55,260 bases of DNA from a virus (Duplodnaviria; Caudoviricetes): IMG/VR virus record IMGVR_UViG_3300025191_000002, positions 1-55,260 of that record. One strand, written 5' to 3'. The translations under genes were made by a program, and so were the position numbers. Below, in pieces: positions 17,907-27,382 of this stretch. Every line of letters begins with the position of its first letter. Within the stretch, counting starts at the first letter, position 1. Below the pieces are notes generated by a model. The model saw only the letters and a program-made list of their open reading frames with translations. It searched no databases and was not told the origin of the DNA.

Positions 17907-18119
17907 TTACGCTGCGGTTTGAGGCTCATCATCTGAGTAAACAGAAAAATCAACTTTAAGCTTGCCGCCGGTAAGCAGCTCAAGTTCGCAAGCTCGACCA
18001 CGAGGGATAAGCCCTGATTTTACCCAGGGCGTAATGGCCCCCTTGGTTAAAGGTGGATTGAAAGCATTGGCTAGCTTTATATTGCTGCCAAAATGTGCAA
18101 CTGCGTCTGTGGTTTTCAT
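17907..18119 (-). CDS. cro: Cro-like repressor
   Basis: AVAHFGS..KLA...ITPW...IP.GRA.ELELLTGGKLK; divergent from cI. Confidence 0.88.
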   Translation of the reverse strand: MKTTDAVAHFGSNIKLANAFNPPLTKGAITPWVKSGLIPRGRACELELLTGGKLKVDFSVYSDDEPQTAA

Positions 18120-18145
18120 CTAAACCTCCTTAGTTTTGTGCTGCA

Positions 18146-18219
18146 AGTATAGTTTTATGAACAATGCTAAGTCAAGGTAAATGAACCGCAAAAGCAGTAT
18201 TATGTTTAGTTATCTATAC
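18146..18219. promoter_or_regulatory. oR region: pR and three 16-bp operators
   Basis: GTATAGTTTTATGAAC (18147), GTCAAGGTAAATGAAC (18171), GTTTAGTTATCTATAC (18204); minus-strand TTGACT-18-TATACT. Confidence 0.75.
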
Positions 18220-18234
18220 CAAGGGATATAACTA

Positions 18235-18876
18235 ATGGCATTTGAAGATAGACTTGAACAGCAAATGAAAGCCGTAGGCGTAAAAGGGATAGATATTGTT
18301 AATCAGCTGAAAGTATCTAAAGGTAGTGTAAGCCAGTGGCGGAATGGGGTAACAAAGCCCGGCGGCGAAAACGCCATAAGGCTCGCTAAATTCTTGCGTT
18401 GTAATTTAACATGGCTAATCGAAGGCAAGGGTACGCCGGAAAAAAACGTTGAATTAGAGCTGGGTCCTGATTTAAGAGGAAAGGCCCCTTTAATTTCATG
18501 GGTGCAAGCAGGCAAATGGAAAGAGATAGATATGGAAAGCTTACGCCAAAGTGACACCGTATTTTACCAACACACGGCAAATGTGAGCGATGACTCGTTT
18601 GCACTTCGCGTCAAAGGCGACAGCATGACAAGCTTTAGCGGAGGGAAGTCTATACCAGAGGGTTCAGTTATTATCGTTGACCCCAACGTGCCAGCAGAGC
18701 ATGGCAAGGTTGTTGTTGCGCGGCTAGAAGATAGCGATGAGGCAACATTAAAGCAGCTGGTTATTGATGGCGGAGCTAAATACTTAAAGCCTTTTAATAA
18801 CAGCTATCCAACACTGCCGATAAATGGAAACTGCACGATTATTGGCGTGGTTAAACAGCTGATTCAAGATTTTTAA
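18235..18876 (+). CDS. cI: CI repressor (HTH + S24 autopeptidase)
   Basis: HTH VSKGSVSQWRNG; VQAG cleavage site, GDSM serine, TLKQL lysine. Confidence 0.95.
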   Translation: MAFEDRLEQQMKAVGVKGIDIVNQLKVSKGSVSQWRNGVTKPGGENAIRLAKFLRCNLTWLIEGKGTPEKNVELELGPDLRGKAPLISWVQAGKWKEIDMESLRQSDTVFYQHTANVSDDSFALRVKGDSMTSFSGGKSIPEGSVIIVDPNVPAEHGKVVVARLEDSDEATLKQLVIDGGAKYLKPFNNSYPTLPINGNCTIIGVVKQLIQDF

Positions 18877-18902
18877 CTTTAACTTACAAAAGGCTGTTAG
18901 TA

Positions 18903-19091
18903 ATGAGTCAAAAAATGAGAAATATAGGGGTCGCGTTCGCTATTTCATCCTTCATAGCAATAGTTTGTGTGCAAACCTATTTAACACCAAAAAACGCAGA
19001 TGAGTGCATCCTAAGCAATATTGAAAATGCCAATTCAGATATGGCAGCTAAGGCCGTTGTTCACTCTTGCAATAATTTATACAGCAAATAA
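18903..19091 (+). CDS. Small membrane/exported protein, cI operon
   Basis: N-terminal hydrophobic helix; two cysteines (ECIL...HSC). Confidence 0.65.
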   Translation: MSQKMRNIGVAFAISSFIAIVCVQTYLTPKNADECILSNIENANSDMAAKAVVHSCNNLYSK

Positions 19092-19109
19092 CAAAAGCAG
19101 AGGTGTAGA

Positions 19110-19421
19110 GTGAATAAAAACATACTGCCAGTTCTTATAATCTTGGTTATCACTGGTTGCGCTTCATCCAAAGCGATAGGCACAATTAAAGAAACCAGTG
19201 AAAGAAATGTAGGGAATTGTGATTATATAACCAATGTTAGCGGCACCTCTGGCTGGGGCGGCCTTGCCGCTTCGTCTGGGATTGAGAACGCTAAAGAGCA
19301 AGCAAAACAACAAGCCATTGATTCTGGTGCTACACATATTGTATGGCAATCAATTAACGGCGGTTATTCGCCTAGTGTTTCTGCAAACGCTTACAACTGC
19401 AAAAATAAAAACAACCACTAA
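19110..19421 (+). CDS. Small lipoprotein, cI operon
   Basis: Lipobox ITG-C; C...V.G.SG..G...A...A...GATHIV...AYNC. Confidence 0.75.
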   Translation: MNKNILPVLIILVITGCASSKAIGTIKETSERNVGNCDYITNVSGTSGWGGLAASSGIENAKEQAKQQAIDSGATHIVWQSINGGYSPSVSANAYNCKNKNNH

Positions 19422-19452
19422 AACCCGCCTCAAACCCCATATAAAAGTAGAT

Positions 19453-19477
19453 AGCGCCCGATAAAGGCGCTTTTTTA
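19453..19477 (+). terminator. Terminator of cI operon
   Basis: AGCGCCCGATAAAGGCGCTTTTTT. Confidence 0.7.
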
Positions 19478-19487
19478 TGAGCGTTAA

Positions 19488-19563
19488 GTTTAGATTTATG
19501 AACTTTTTGTTTGACAACTAGGTATAGTTATATAAACTTACCTCAAAGTTTAGAAAAACGAAC
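19488..19563 (+). promoter_or_regulatory. oL region: pL and three 16-bp operators
   Basis: GTTTAGATTTATGAAC (19488), GTATAGTTATATAAAC (19522), GTTTAGAAAAACGAAC (19548); TTGACA at 19511 with TAAACT 16 nt downstream. Confidence 0.75.
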
Positions 19564-19575
19564 CTTGAGGCAAAC

Positions 19576-19869
19576 ATGAATAACAACTCTCAAATATTCC
19601 CAGCTCTTTCGCTTGAAGCGAAAACGCTTATAGCGGCGCTTTCTGTAGAGTCATTTTGTTTTAGAAGTCGCTCACACGTAAACGTAGTTACATGTGCTAC
19701 GGACCCGTCAATAAGCGTATTTGTTTACGTTGACGGAAAAGCAGAAAAATCATGCACCGTTCTTTTAACTGATCACGATGCGATAGAGCAACTTAGAAAA
19801 GTCCTCAATGAAGTACGCAGCTTTAAACGCATTGGTACGTTCAACTTACCAACTCGACTAGCGAGCTAG
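19576..19869 (+). CDS. Hypothetical protein, first gene of pL operon
   Basis: GAGG RBS; directly after oL. Confidence 0.7.
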   Translation: MNNNSQIFPALSLEAKTLIAALSVESFCFRSRSHVNVVTCATDPSISVFVYVDGKAEKSCTVLLTDHDAIEQLRKVLNEVRSFKRIGTFNLPTRLAS

Positions 19870-19873
19870 AGCA

Positions 19874-20812
19874 ATGAGCAACACTAAAACAGCAGCAGAG
19901 ATCCAACGTTTATTAGCAGATCCCTTTGAAGCGCACGATGTTGAATGGCGTGTGCAGCAAAGTGGCGTATCTGGTAAGAGCAATCCATGGGTAATGGTTA
20001 TTCCTTACATCACTAACCGCGCTATTCAACAGCGTTTAGACGATGTAGTCGGCATTGATGGATGGAAAAACGAATTTAAAGAAGCCGCCAGCGGCAAAGG
20101 TTACTTGTGTGGATTAAGCATTCGCTTTGGCGATAACTGGATCACGAAATGGGATGGTTCAGAGTATTCGCAAATTGAAGCATTAAAAGGTGCTTTATCT
20201 GGCGCTATGAAGCGTACAGCGGTTCAATTTGGCATTGGTCGCTACCTTTACTCACTTGATACCGAGTTTGCAACATGTGAACCGGTTGAGAGTCGATTTG
20301 CAGCTAACGGTGAGTTTATCAATATACCGCTTAATAAGAGCAATAAAAACGGCCCTAAGATGAGCGCTGAATGGTTCCCGCCCACTTTACCCGATTGGGC
20401 TTTACCTTCTGCCAAGTTTGATAAGTACCTAGATGCTATCGAGCAAGCAACCAGCCTGTTAACACTGCGCGAGCACTACGAACAGGCGTTTAAATTCGCT
20501 CTAGCCGTTAACCGCATTGATATACGCGATAAAGCGATTGAAATAAAAGATCGCAAAAAAGTAGAGCTCGCAGCTAAAGAGCAAGAAAGCAGCTTGAACG
20601 CTAATAAAAAGTTTCACGCCTGGCTAAATACGGCCATTAAAGACCGCATAACCACAGCGGAAAACGAATCAGTTTTAACAATGAACCACAAACACTTATT
20701 GCAAGAGCTTAAAGGTCATTGTCGAGCAAACAAGGTAGATAGCAGTAACTTTGTGGCTCAAGTCAACCAAGCGCATACAGAGGCGCTAAATAACCTAAGA
20801 AACGGAGTATAA
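19874..20812 (+). CDS. Rad52/Rad22 (Sak)-family single-strand annealing protein
   Basis: PF...DVEWR...YITNRAIQQRLDDVVG..GW...KWDG...KGALSGAMKRTAVQFGIGRYLY. Confidence 0.9.
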   Translation: MSNTKTAAEIQRLLADPFEAHDVEWRVQQSGVSGKSNPWVMVIPYITNRAIQQRLDDVVGIDGWKNEFKEAASGKGYLCGLSIRFGDNWITKWDGSEYSQIEALKGALSGAMKRTAVQFGIGRYLYSLDTEFATCEPVESRFAANGEFINIPLNKSNKNGPKMSAEWFPPTLPDWALPSAKFDKYLDAIEQATSLLTLREHYEQAFKFALAVNRIDIRDKAIEIKDRKKVELAAKEQESSLNANKKFHAWLNTAIKDRITTAENESVLTMNHKHLLQELKGHCRANKVDSSNFVAQVNQAHTEALNNLRNGV

Positions 20813-20814
20813 CC

Positions 20815-22053
20815 ATGACCACTAATCAAAACACAGCAACAAACTTGGTAGAAGTTGTTTACCAGGAAGATTTAACCAAGAAAGGGCTTGCTGATTTACG
20901 CAAGCAATACCCTAAGTCGTTTTCACTTGATATGTCTGACGAGGACGAGTTCAAGCAAGGCCGTAAAATACGCACTGAGCGCAACAAGCTGGTTAAATCA
21001 ATTAACGATCGCCGCATTGGATTTACTAACGAGCTTAAAGCCTACGGTGATGAATTAATATCTAAAATTGATGTGATTTACGATCCAATCATTAACGCTT
21101 TTGAGCTTGAAGATAAACGCCGCAAAGAAGAAGCCGCACGCATAGCTAAAGAGCGTGAAGCATTCTTAAACAAGCAGCGCCAAGAAATAGCGCAAATGCA
21201 CGACTTTACTGAGCAATGTAAAAATCAAAGCTCACAATTCATTGCTGACACAATCGAAGCAGTAGACCTGGTCGATACAGAAGCGTTTGACAAAGAGCTT
21301 ATACACGAAGCTATCGACACCAAGAAAAACATTCTTGAAGCGCTTAACAACATGTACCAAGCCGCTAAAGCCGCCGAAGCGGTAGAAGCAGAGCGCGAAC
21401 AATTACGCATTCAGCAAGAAGCCATTGCACAGCAAGAACGCCTACAAAAACAAGCGCAAGAAATCGAGCAGCGCATTAATAATCTGCGCAATGATCCAAT
21501 GAACTACTTTGGCAAATCGAGCCAAGAGGTTATGGCGCGCATTCAACAGCTTGAAAACTTTACACCAAGCGAAGAAAAGTTTGGTGATCGCACCAACGAA
21601 GTAACGCAAGTGCTAGCACAAGTTATCCAGCAATTAACCATGATGCACACGCAGCAATCACAAGTTGAGCAAGCGCAGCAAGCAGCTAATCAAGCACAAG
21701 CGCAACAAATAGAGCAATTGCAAGCCGATGTTACTCAAGCTGCAGAGCAAGACGCAGCTACAGAAAGCGCAGAGCAGCAAGAGCGTGAAGCATTAGCAGA
21801 AGCCTACAAACCGGTAAAAGATGAAGTCGAGCCTTTACTTGGTAATAACTTTAAATCGCCAGTGTTTGAAAGCACAAGCGCGCCTACAGGCTACACGCCG
21901 CTGGATATATGGCCGAGCAGTCAGGACCGCGCCGACAATGAAGAGCTAGACCGTATTTGTAACCAGCTAGATGCAGCTGAATGTCATATCGAAGATCAGG
22001 ACGTTCTTATAAAAGATTTAGAGCAGCGCCTAAACAAAGCGCTAGCAGCATAA
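20815..22053 (+). CDS. Long coiled-coil protein
   Basis: Heptad, E/Q/A-rich sequence in the recombination module. Confidence 0.7.
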   Translation: MTTNQNTATNLVEVVYQEDLTKKGLADLRKQYPKSFSLDMSDEDEFKQGRKIRTERNKLVKSINDRRIGFTNELKAYGDELISKIDVIYDPIINAFELEDKRRKEEAARIAKEREAFLNKQRQEIAQMHDFTEQCKNQSSQFIADTIEAVDLVDTEAFDKELIHEAIDTKKNILEALNNMYQAAKAAEAVEAEREQLRIQQEAIAQQERLQKQAQEIEQRINNLRNDPMNYFGKSSQEVMARIQQLENFTPSEEKFGDRTNEVTQVLAQVIQQLTMMHTQQSQVEQAQQAANQAQAQQIEQLQADVTQAAEQDAATESAEQQEREALAEAYKPVKDEVEPLLGNNFKSPVFESTSAPTGYTPLDIWPSSQDRADNEELDRICNQLDAAECHIEDQDVLIKDLEQRLNKALAA

Positions 22054-22104
22054 GTTTCCAACTCCAACCGAGCCAAGCGCCTACGGGCGCAGCTCTTTAC
22101 AAAG

Positions 22105-22350
22105 GTGAACAGTATGTCTTTACGTATTCCACAACTGCGCATGGTTGAGCACTTAAACCGCGAAGATATAAACGTAGGTGAAGCAACAATAGTAGCAACA
22201 AAGAAAGGTGGCTTGTCAGGTTGGGCATTGCCTGGGGGCAAATTTACTACACAGCTAACAATAGCAACAACAGCCTGTAGAGAAGTTGCAAATCTAATTA
22301 AACAAAACGGTGGCCTATCTATGCCTCCGAAACGGAGCCAAGCAGCTTAA
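22105..22350 (+). CDS. Hypothetical protein
   Basis: GWALPGG motif; start likely ATG at 22114. Confidence 0.6.
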   Translation: MNSMSLRIPQLRMVEHLNREDINVGEATIVATKKGGLSGWALPGGKFTTQLTIATTACREVANLIKQNGGLSMPPKRSQAA

Positions 22351-22352
22351 TT

Positions 22353-22493
22353 ATGCACGATTACATGGCAATCAAAGGTAACAGCTCAAGCGCTATTGCA
22401 AAGCAGCAGCGCAAAGAGTTTTTAAAGATGGCAGCAGTAAATACAGTACGCGTTTTAGTGCTAGCCATCATCGTTTTAATAACAACTAAGTAG
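22353..22493 (+). CDS. 46-aa protein with C-terminal hydrophobic helix (not in ORF track)
   Basis: [46 protein letters not shown]; fills an operon gap. Confidence 0.5.
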   Translation: MHDYMAIKGNSSSAIAKQQRKEFLKMAAVNTVRVLVLAIIVLITTK

Positions 22494-22501
22494 GCATAAC
22501 A

Positions 22502-23656
22502 ATGAAAAATATTCACGTATTTGCAGCAGAACTACCAAGTATTTCAGTTTTAGAAAGCAAGGTTGCAGAAGAACAAGGCGTTATATTTACACCACTTACA
22601 GATAGTCAGTGGAGCGAGTTGGGCTTTAAAGTAGACCGCCAATTTGTAGCGCTGGATAACGGCTACCGCATCGACTTTACCTATAGCGCTAAAGACTACC
22701 CAAAAGCGCAAGTGTTAGAACGCGTAAACGAGGTAATTGATGTTTTACCCCACGACCCTAGTAAAGAAGAGATTGGCAAAATAACCGAAGAAGTTAACGC
22801 TGATTTTTGCGCCCGTTCAATAGCAAAAACAGTTCACTTTTCTGCTTTTTATCATGCCAAAAAGCAAACGCTTATCTTTGACTGTAAGGCCGCATTAGCG
22901 CAACGCGCATTATTTTTACTGCTAAAGCTAGTTGAGTCAATTGAAACTAAAACGCTTCACTGTAGCGGCATTTCAAACTCACTAACCACAAATATGCTAC
23001 AGCAGTTATCGCTATCAGATGAGCAGCTTGGAACCGATAAGCTTTACTTTGCAGGCTTTGAGGTGGGCGGTTTATTGGTTATGCAAAACAAAGATAAAGA
23101 CGTTGCACGCTTTAAAGGTGACTACCCTACCGAAAACATCAAAGAACTTATAGAGCAAGGCTACGAGATAAAAGAAATAGCACTTTCAAAGGACGGCATT
23201 CATTTCAACCTAGATCACAACTTTAAAATTAAAGGCATTAAAGAGCAGTTTCAAGTTGAAGAAGCTATGTTCGATAACGCCGATGATTATGAAATACATA
23301 AGCAAACAATAGCGCTAGAGCTAATGACTAGCCATTGCGAGCAACTAAGAGCTGCGTTTGATAAGCAGAGCAGCGACGAAGATCAGCAAGCTTCATTAGA
23401 TGACGATCAAGACGATGGTAACGAGTCACTGATTGCCGAGCACAACGCCAAGTATCAAGACAGCAACGGCAATGACGCATTCTATGAAGAAGCAAAAGCG
23501 TTTGTTCAAGAAACACAGCACGCATCAGTCTCGCGCATTCAGCGCAAATTTAGAATTGGTTACAACCGAGCAGCCCGCTTAGTCGAACAGCTTGAAGCTA
23601 ACGGCATTGTAACCGCGCCAGGTCACAACGGCGAACGCACAGTTACACCTTTTTAA
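22502..23656 (+). CDS. RdgC-like protein fused to FtsK gamma domain
   Basis: MKNIHVF...F.PL...Q.S..GF start and V/I-KE-LAL segment (RdgC-like); C-terminal YEEA..FV.....[27 protein letters not shown]. Confidence 0.75.
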   Translation: MKNIHVFAAELPSISVLESKVAEEQGVIFTPLTDSQWSELGFKVDRQFVALDNGYRIDFTYSAKDYPKAQVLERVNEVIDVLPHDPSKEEIGKITEEVNADFCARSIAKTVHFSAFYHAKKQTLIFDCKAALAQRALFLLLKLVESIETKTLHCSGISNSLTTNMLQQLSLSDEQLGTDKLYFAGFEVGGLLVMQNKDKDVARFKGDYPTENIKELIEQGYEIKEIALSKDGIHFNLDHNFKIKGIKEQFQVEEAMFDNADDYEIHKQTIALELMTSHCEQLRAAFDKQSSDEDQQASLDDDQDDGNESLIAEHNAKYQDSNGNDAFYEEAKAFVQETQHASVSRIQRKFRIGYNRAARLVEQLEANGIVTAPGHNGERTVTPF

Positions 23657-23679
23657 TCAAACAAAGTAAGGAGCCGATC

Positions 23680-24351
23680 ATGGCACGCGGAGTTAACAAA
23701 GTAATTTTAGTAGGCAATTGCGGGCAAGATCCTGAAATACGTTACATGCCTAACGGTAACGCAGTAGCCAACGTAACACTTGCAACAAGTGAAAGCTACA
23801 AAGATAAAAACACAGGCCAAGCAGTTGAAAAAACCGAATGGCACCGAGTTGTACTGTTTGGCAAGCTCGCAGAAATTACCGGTGAGTATGTGCGTAAAGG
23901 CTCGCAAATTTACGTTGAGGGTAAATTGCAAACGCGTAAATGGACTGATCAACAAGGCCAAGAAAAATACACCACTGAAATCGTAGTTGATGGCTTTACC
24001 GGTCAAATGCAAATGCTAGGAGCTCGACAAGGCGGGCAAACTCAGGGAAACCAAGGTAATAATAATTACCAAGGCCAACAAAATAGCCACGCACAAGGCA
24101 ATAACCAAGGTCAAGCGCAGGGTAATAATTCTTACGGTAATAGTAATAATAATCACCAAGGCAACAACCAAGCGCAGCGACAAGGTAACGGACAAGCTCA
24201 GCGCCAAAATAACCAAGGCCAACAGCAAGGAGGTCAAGCGCAGCAAGGCGTATCAAATAGCCAATACATGAGCGGCGGGCAACAGCAAGGCACAGCAGGT
24301 AACCCAATGGGCCCGAATGACAATTTTGAAATGGATGATATTCCGTTCTAG
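23680..24351 (+). CDS. ssb: Single-stranded DNA-binding protein
   Basis: [18 protein letters not shown]...TEWHRVV...[11 protein letters not shown]; DDIPF tail. Confidence 0.97.
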   Translation: MARGVNKVILVGNCGQDPEIRYMPNGNAVANVTLATSESYKDKNTGQAVEKTEWHRVVLFGKLAEITGEYVRKGSQIYVEGKLQTRKWTDQQGQEKYTTEIVVDGFTGQMQMLGARQGGQTQGNQGNNNYQGQQNSHAQGNNQGQAQGNNSYGNSNNNHQGNNQAQRQGNGQAQRQNNQGQQQGGQAQQGVSNSQYMSGGQQQGTAGNPMGPNDNFEMDDIPF

Positions 24352-24378
24352 GAAACGTATAGATTAAAAGGTGAACTT

Positions 24379-24945
24379 ATGAACGACACTAAAATCTGCA
24401 TTGAAAGCTATTCAAGACTCAAAAACCTAAAGCTGGTTGGCGAAGAAACTGGAATAGCTTGGCAGCAAGTATATCGAATACTTAAACGAGCTAACGTTCC
24501 TGTATGTGGAGACAAGGCTCGCTATGGCTCAGTTTCTGACAGGTTAGCTGTTCACGCTGAACAAATGTTTAAAAAAGCGGTTCCTTTTGCCGTGGATAAT
24601 AACAATGAACAGTGGCAGTCAACGGTTGATTTTAGTGTCGGCAATGAAACCATCGATATAAAGGCTTCAATAATTCAAAACGCTTACAGAAACAGTAAAG
24701 GCAAAAGCCACTCTGCAAGGTGGGCTTATTGTATCAGCAAGCAAAAAGACGTAGCTGATCACTTTGTATTGTACGCATTAGAAAAAGACAAAAGTGTAAG
24801 GCATGTATTTCTTATACCAAAAGAAATAGCAACAAATTCATCGTCAATTTCTATTCCTGAAAGCCTTAAAAGCAAATGGGCAGATTACGAAGTTAAAGAA
24901 AGTGAGCTTTTTGACTTCTTTAACCTAATGAAGAAAGCGAGTTAA
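24379..24945 (+). CDS. HTH + PD-(D/E)XK-like putative endonuclease
   Basis: N-terminal HTH (GIAWQQVYRILKR); AE...VDF...IDIKAS. Confidence 0.55.
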   Translation: MNDTKICIESYSRLKNLKLVGEETGIAWQQVYRILKRANVPVCGDKARYGSVSDRLAVHAEQMFKKAVPFAVDNNNEQWQSTVDFSVGNETIDIKASIIQNAYRNSKGKSHSARWAYCISKQKDVADHFVLYALEKDKSVRHVFLIPKEIATNSSSISIPESLKSKWADYEVKESELFDFFNLMKKAS

Positions 24946-24947
24946 CC

Positions 24948-25580
24948 ATGTTTGAACAATTTAACGGCCAAAAATTTAACCTTATTTACTCGGACCCAGC
25001 CTGGCAATTCAGCAACAAAAAAACTGGCGGCAGCATGAAAAGCGGCGCAGCACACCACTACAAGTCAACCATGAGCGTAGACGAGCTAAAAGCTATGCCT
25101 ATTGATGATATTGCAGCGGACGATTGCATATTGGTTATGTGGTACGTGGGCTCAATGCCACAAGAAGCCCTAGACGTTGTGAAAGCATGGGGTTTCACAC
25201 TTAAAAATATGAATGGTTTTGTTTGGAACAAGCTAACCATAAACAACAACCCACTGTTCGGCATGGGATTTTGGACCCGCGCCGGTAGCGAGTCGGCCAT
25301 TATCGCAGTCAAGGGTAAACCGAAAGTAGCAAGCCGCTCAGTGCGCGCAGTAGGTAACTATGACACCGAAAGCCTAGACGAAATACTAGGCCGAGGCGTG
25401 TTTTCTGGCGCCTACCCTATCGGCCAACACAGCGAAAAGCCAAATGAGTTTAGAGAGGCGTGTGTTGAATTGGCCGGTGATGTGCCACGCATCGAGCTAT
25501 TTTCTCGCAAGCGCGTTAAAGGTTGGGCTGTTTGGGGCAATGAAGTAGGCAAGCTTAATAAAAAGGCAAAAGCAGCCTAA
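24948..25580 (+). CDS. MT-A70-family adenine methyltransferase
   Basis: LIYSDPAW, HY.STMS, AWGF...FVWNK, GMGFWTR, HSEKP, RIELFSR, GWAVWGNE. Confidence 0.92.
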   Translation: MFEQFNGQKFNLIYSDPAWQFSNKKTGGSMKSGAAHHYKSTMSVDELKAMPIDDIAADDCILVMWYVGSMPQEALDVVKAWGFTLKNMNGFVWNKLTINNNPLFGMGFWTRAGSESAIIAVKGKPKVASRSVRAVGNYDTESLDEILGRGVFSGAYPIGQHSEKPNEFREACVELAGDVPRIELFSRKRVKGWAVWGNEVGKLNKKAKAA

Positions 25581-25816
25581 TGAAACCACGCACTAAACGC
25601 AGAGCGCATACCTGGTATGCGCTAAATCAAGAGTCAGGAGCAATTAATATGAGCGGCAAAATTGTTTACCAGTGCGCTGTAAATGGTGTTGTTGGTAAGG
25701 CGGGAAAAGCAATAGCACTTTGCGGAAAGCATAAGTTAAAAGGCGGTTGTGGCGCACATGGCAATACCAAGTGTGAACATAAATTTAGGGTTGCAATAAA
25801 AGGTGACACCCAATGA
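25580..25816 (+). CDS. Hypothetical Cys-rich protein
   Basis: Coupled ORF with four cysteines. Confidence 0.6.
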   Translation: MKPRTKRRAHTWYALNQESGAINMSGKIVYQCAVNGVVGKAGKAIALCGKHKLKGGCGAHGNTKCEHKFRVAIKGDTQ

Positions 25817-26460
25817 AAACCATACCAATGATATTTAATCAGCAAATGGTTAAGGCGCTAATGGACGGGCGTAAAACTACGACCCGCAGGCCAATTAAAG
25901 GAAGTCCAGGGTTAGATGATTCTGGCAACTTTATTGTAGGCGATTTTAATTATGGGAAAGACATTAACGGCAACCCTCAAACTAAAATTTTTACACACTT
26001 CAAGGGGCCATGCAGAGCAGGTGATCTTATTTGGGTTCGTGAAACATTTTGCTTGGGCCGTCTTGATGAAGCAGATGCAGAGCATCCAGCAGATAGAACG
26101 TTATTTGTTGATCAAGGTTGCGGCGATGAATATTACATACAAAAAGAATGGGCTGTATATAAGGGCGCAGAAGAATTAGACGAAGTTAAATGGAAACCAT
26201 CTATTCATATGCCTAGAAAGGCAAGCCGATTAACCTTGCGCGTAACTGACGTTCGTTGCGAAAGAGTTAAAGCTATTACCGATGAGCAAGCAATGAATGA
26301 AGGCGTTTACCCCGCAAGACCAAGCTCTTTAGTAATGCCCTACTACATCTCATTTATGGATTTATGGGATGAATTGTACGGCAATTGGTGCAAAAACCCA
26401 TGGGTATGGGTAATTGAGTTTGAAGTTATACACAAGAACGTTGACGAGGTGACAGCATGA
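25813..26460 (+). CDS. ASCH/PUA-like phage protein
   Basis: PMIFN..MVKALMDGRKT.TRR...GDLIWVRETF...WKPSIHMPR.ASR...NPWVWVIEF. Confidence 0.8.
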   Translation: MKTIPMIFNQQMVKALMDGRKTTTRRPIKGSPGLDDSGNFIVGDFNYGKDINGNPQTKIFTHFKGPCRAGDLIWVRETFCLGRLDEADAEHPADRTLFVDQGCGDEYYIQKEWAVYKGAEELDEVKWKPSIHMPRKASRLTLRVTDVRCERVKAITDEQAMNEGVYPARPSSLVMPYYISFMDLWDELYGNWCKNPWVWVIEFEVIHKNVDEVTA

Positions 26461-26873
26461 ACAATGCAAAAATCAAAGCCCTAGCGTTACAGCATGGCTT
26501 TAAATTAAAAGAGCAAAAAGGCGGTGAAATGGATTTAAACGAATACGTTTATTCGTTCGCCTGGGCTCTACTTCAAAACGGTAAACCTAATGTGTCGCAT
26601 AAAGGTTACTTAGCCGACCTATTAAAAGATGCGGCAAGTTGCATACCCGAACGTTGTGCAGGTTACCACGTAGAGATTTACGCAAATGATGTGTGTGCAA
26701 ATAACCCGCGCCTAAAGTGGCACTTCTACAACGGCGTTAATTTAGACACTTTCGAATGCGAAGTACCCGACACACGCGAAGATCTAAACAAGCGCTTTAA
26801 CAACGCCAAAGGCTGTATGAAGTCGGCATGTTATAGAGCTATGAACCCTGATTATGCCAAAAAGTTAGCGTAG
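26457..26873 (+). CDS. Hypothetical protein
   Basis: ATGA-coupled; IK.LAL..GFKLKEQ..G.MDLN.YVY.FA N-terminus. Confidence 0.65.
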   Translation: MNNAKIKALALQHGFKLKEQKGGEMDLNEYVYSFAWALLQNGKPNVSHKGYLADLLKDAASCIPERCAGYHVEIYANDVCANNPRLKWHFYNGVNLDTFECEVPDTREDLNKRFNNAKGCMKSACYRAMNPDYAKKLA

Positions 26874-26880
26874 GTGATTT

Positions 26881-27084
26881 ATGAAAAAAAATTACACAGT
26901 CATTTTTGAAAATGGCACCAAAGGGAAATACAAAGGCTTTAGCGCAAGTGGCGCAGCATTTGCCGCATCGCAAGACGGCAAGGTGATAGCTGTAGCCCGC
27001 GTAAGTAAGCTTCATAGTGCTGTAAAGTTTTTAGCTGTAACAACGGTAGCTGCCGCAGCAGTTTATCAATTATATAATTTGTAG
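26881..27084 (+). CDS. Hypothetical protein with C-terminal hydrophobic helix
   Basis: AGGTG RBS. Confidence 0.6.
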   Translation: MKKNYTVIFENGTKGKYKGFSASGAAFAASQDGKVIAVARVSKLHSAVKFLAVTTVAAAAVYQLYNL

Positions 27085-27091
27085 GTGGTTT

Positions 27092-27382
27092 ATGAGCAAT
27101 TACAAATGCCGAAAATGCAATGCAAAGCTAAGAGCTAATGAGGCTTACGAATATCGCGGCGCTTTTGCCTGTGAAAAACACTTTGATGAAGTAATTGAAA
27201 TGCGCGACTTCGAGCGTAACCAAATAATCAAAGAAGAACACAACAAAACCAAAGCATTTAAAGGCCTAGATCTAACTGATAGCACTATAGGAAAAGCAAA
27301 CAAGGCGCTATTGAAACCACGCATTGAAATCGCAAGCAAAGAAAGCTCGCGTTTGAAAAATTATGAAAGAGGTGATTTATGA
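27092..27382 (+). CDS. Hypothetical zinc-finger protein
   Basis: CRKC...AYEYRG.FACEKH. Confidence 0.65.
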   Translation: MSNYKCRKCNAKLRANEAYEYRGAFACEKHFDEVIEMRDFERNQIIKEEHNKTKAFKGLDLTDSTIGKANKALLKPRIEIASKESSRLKNYERGDL

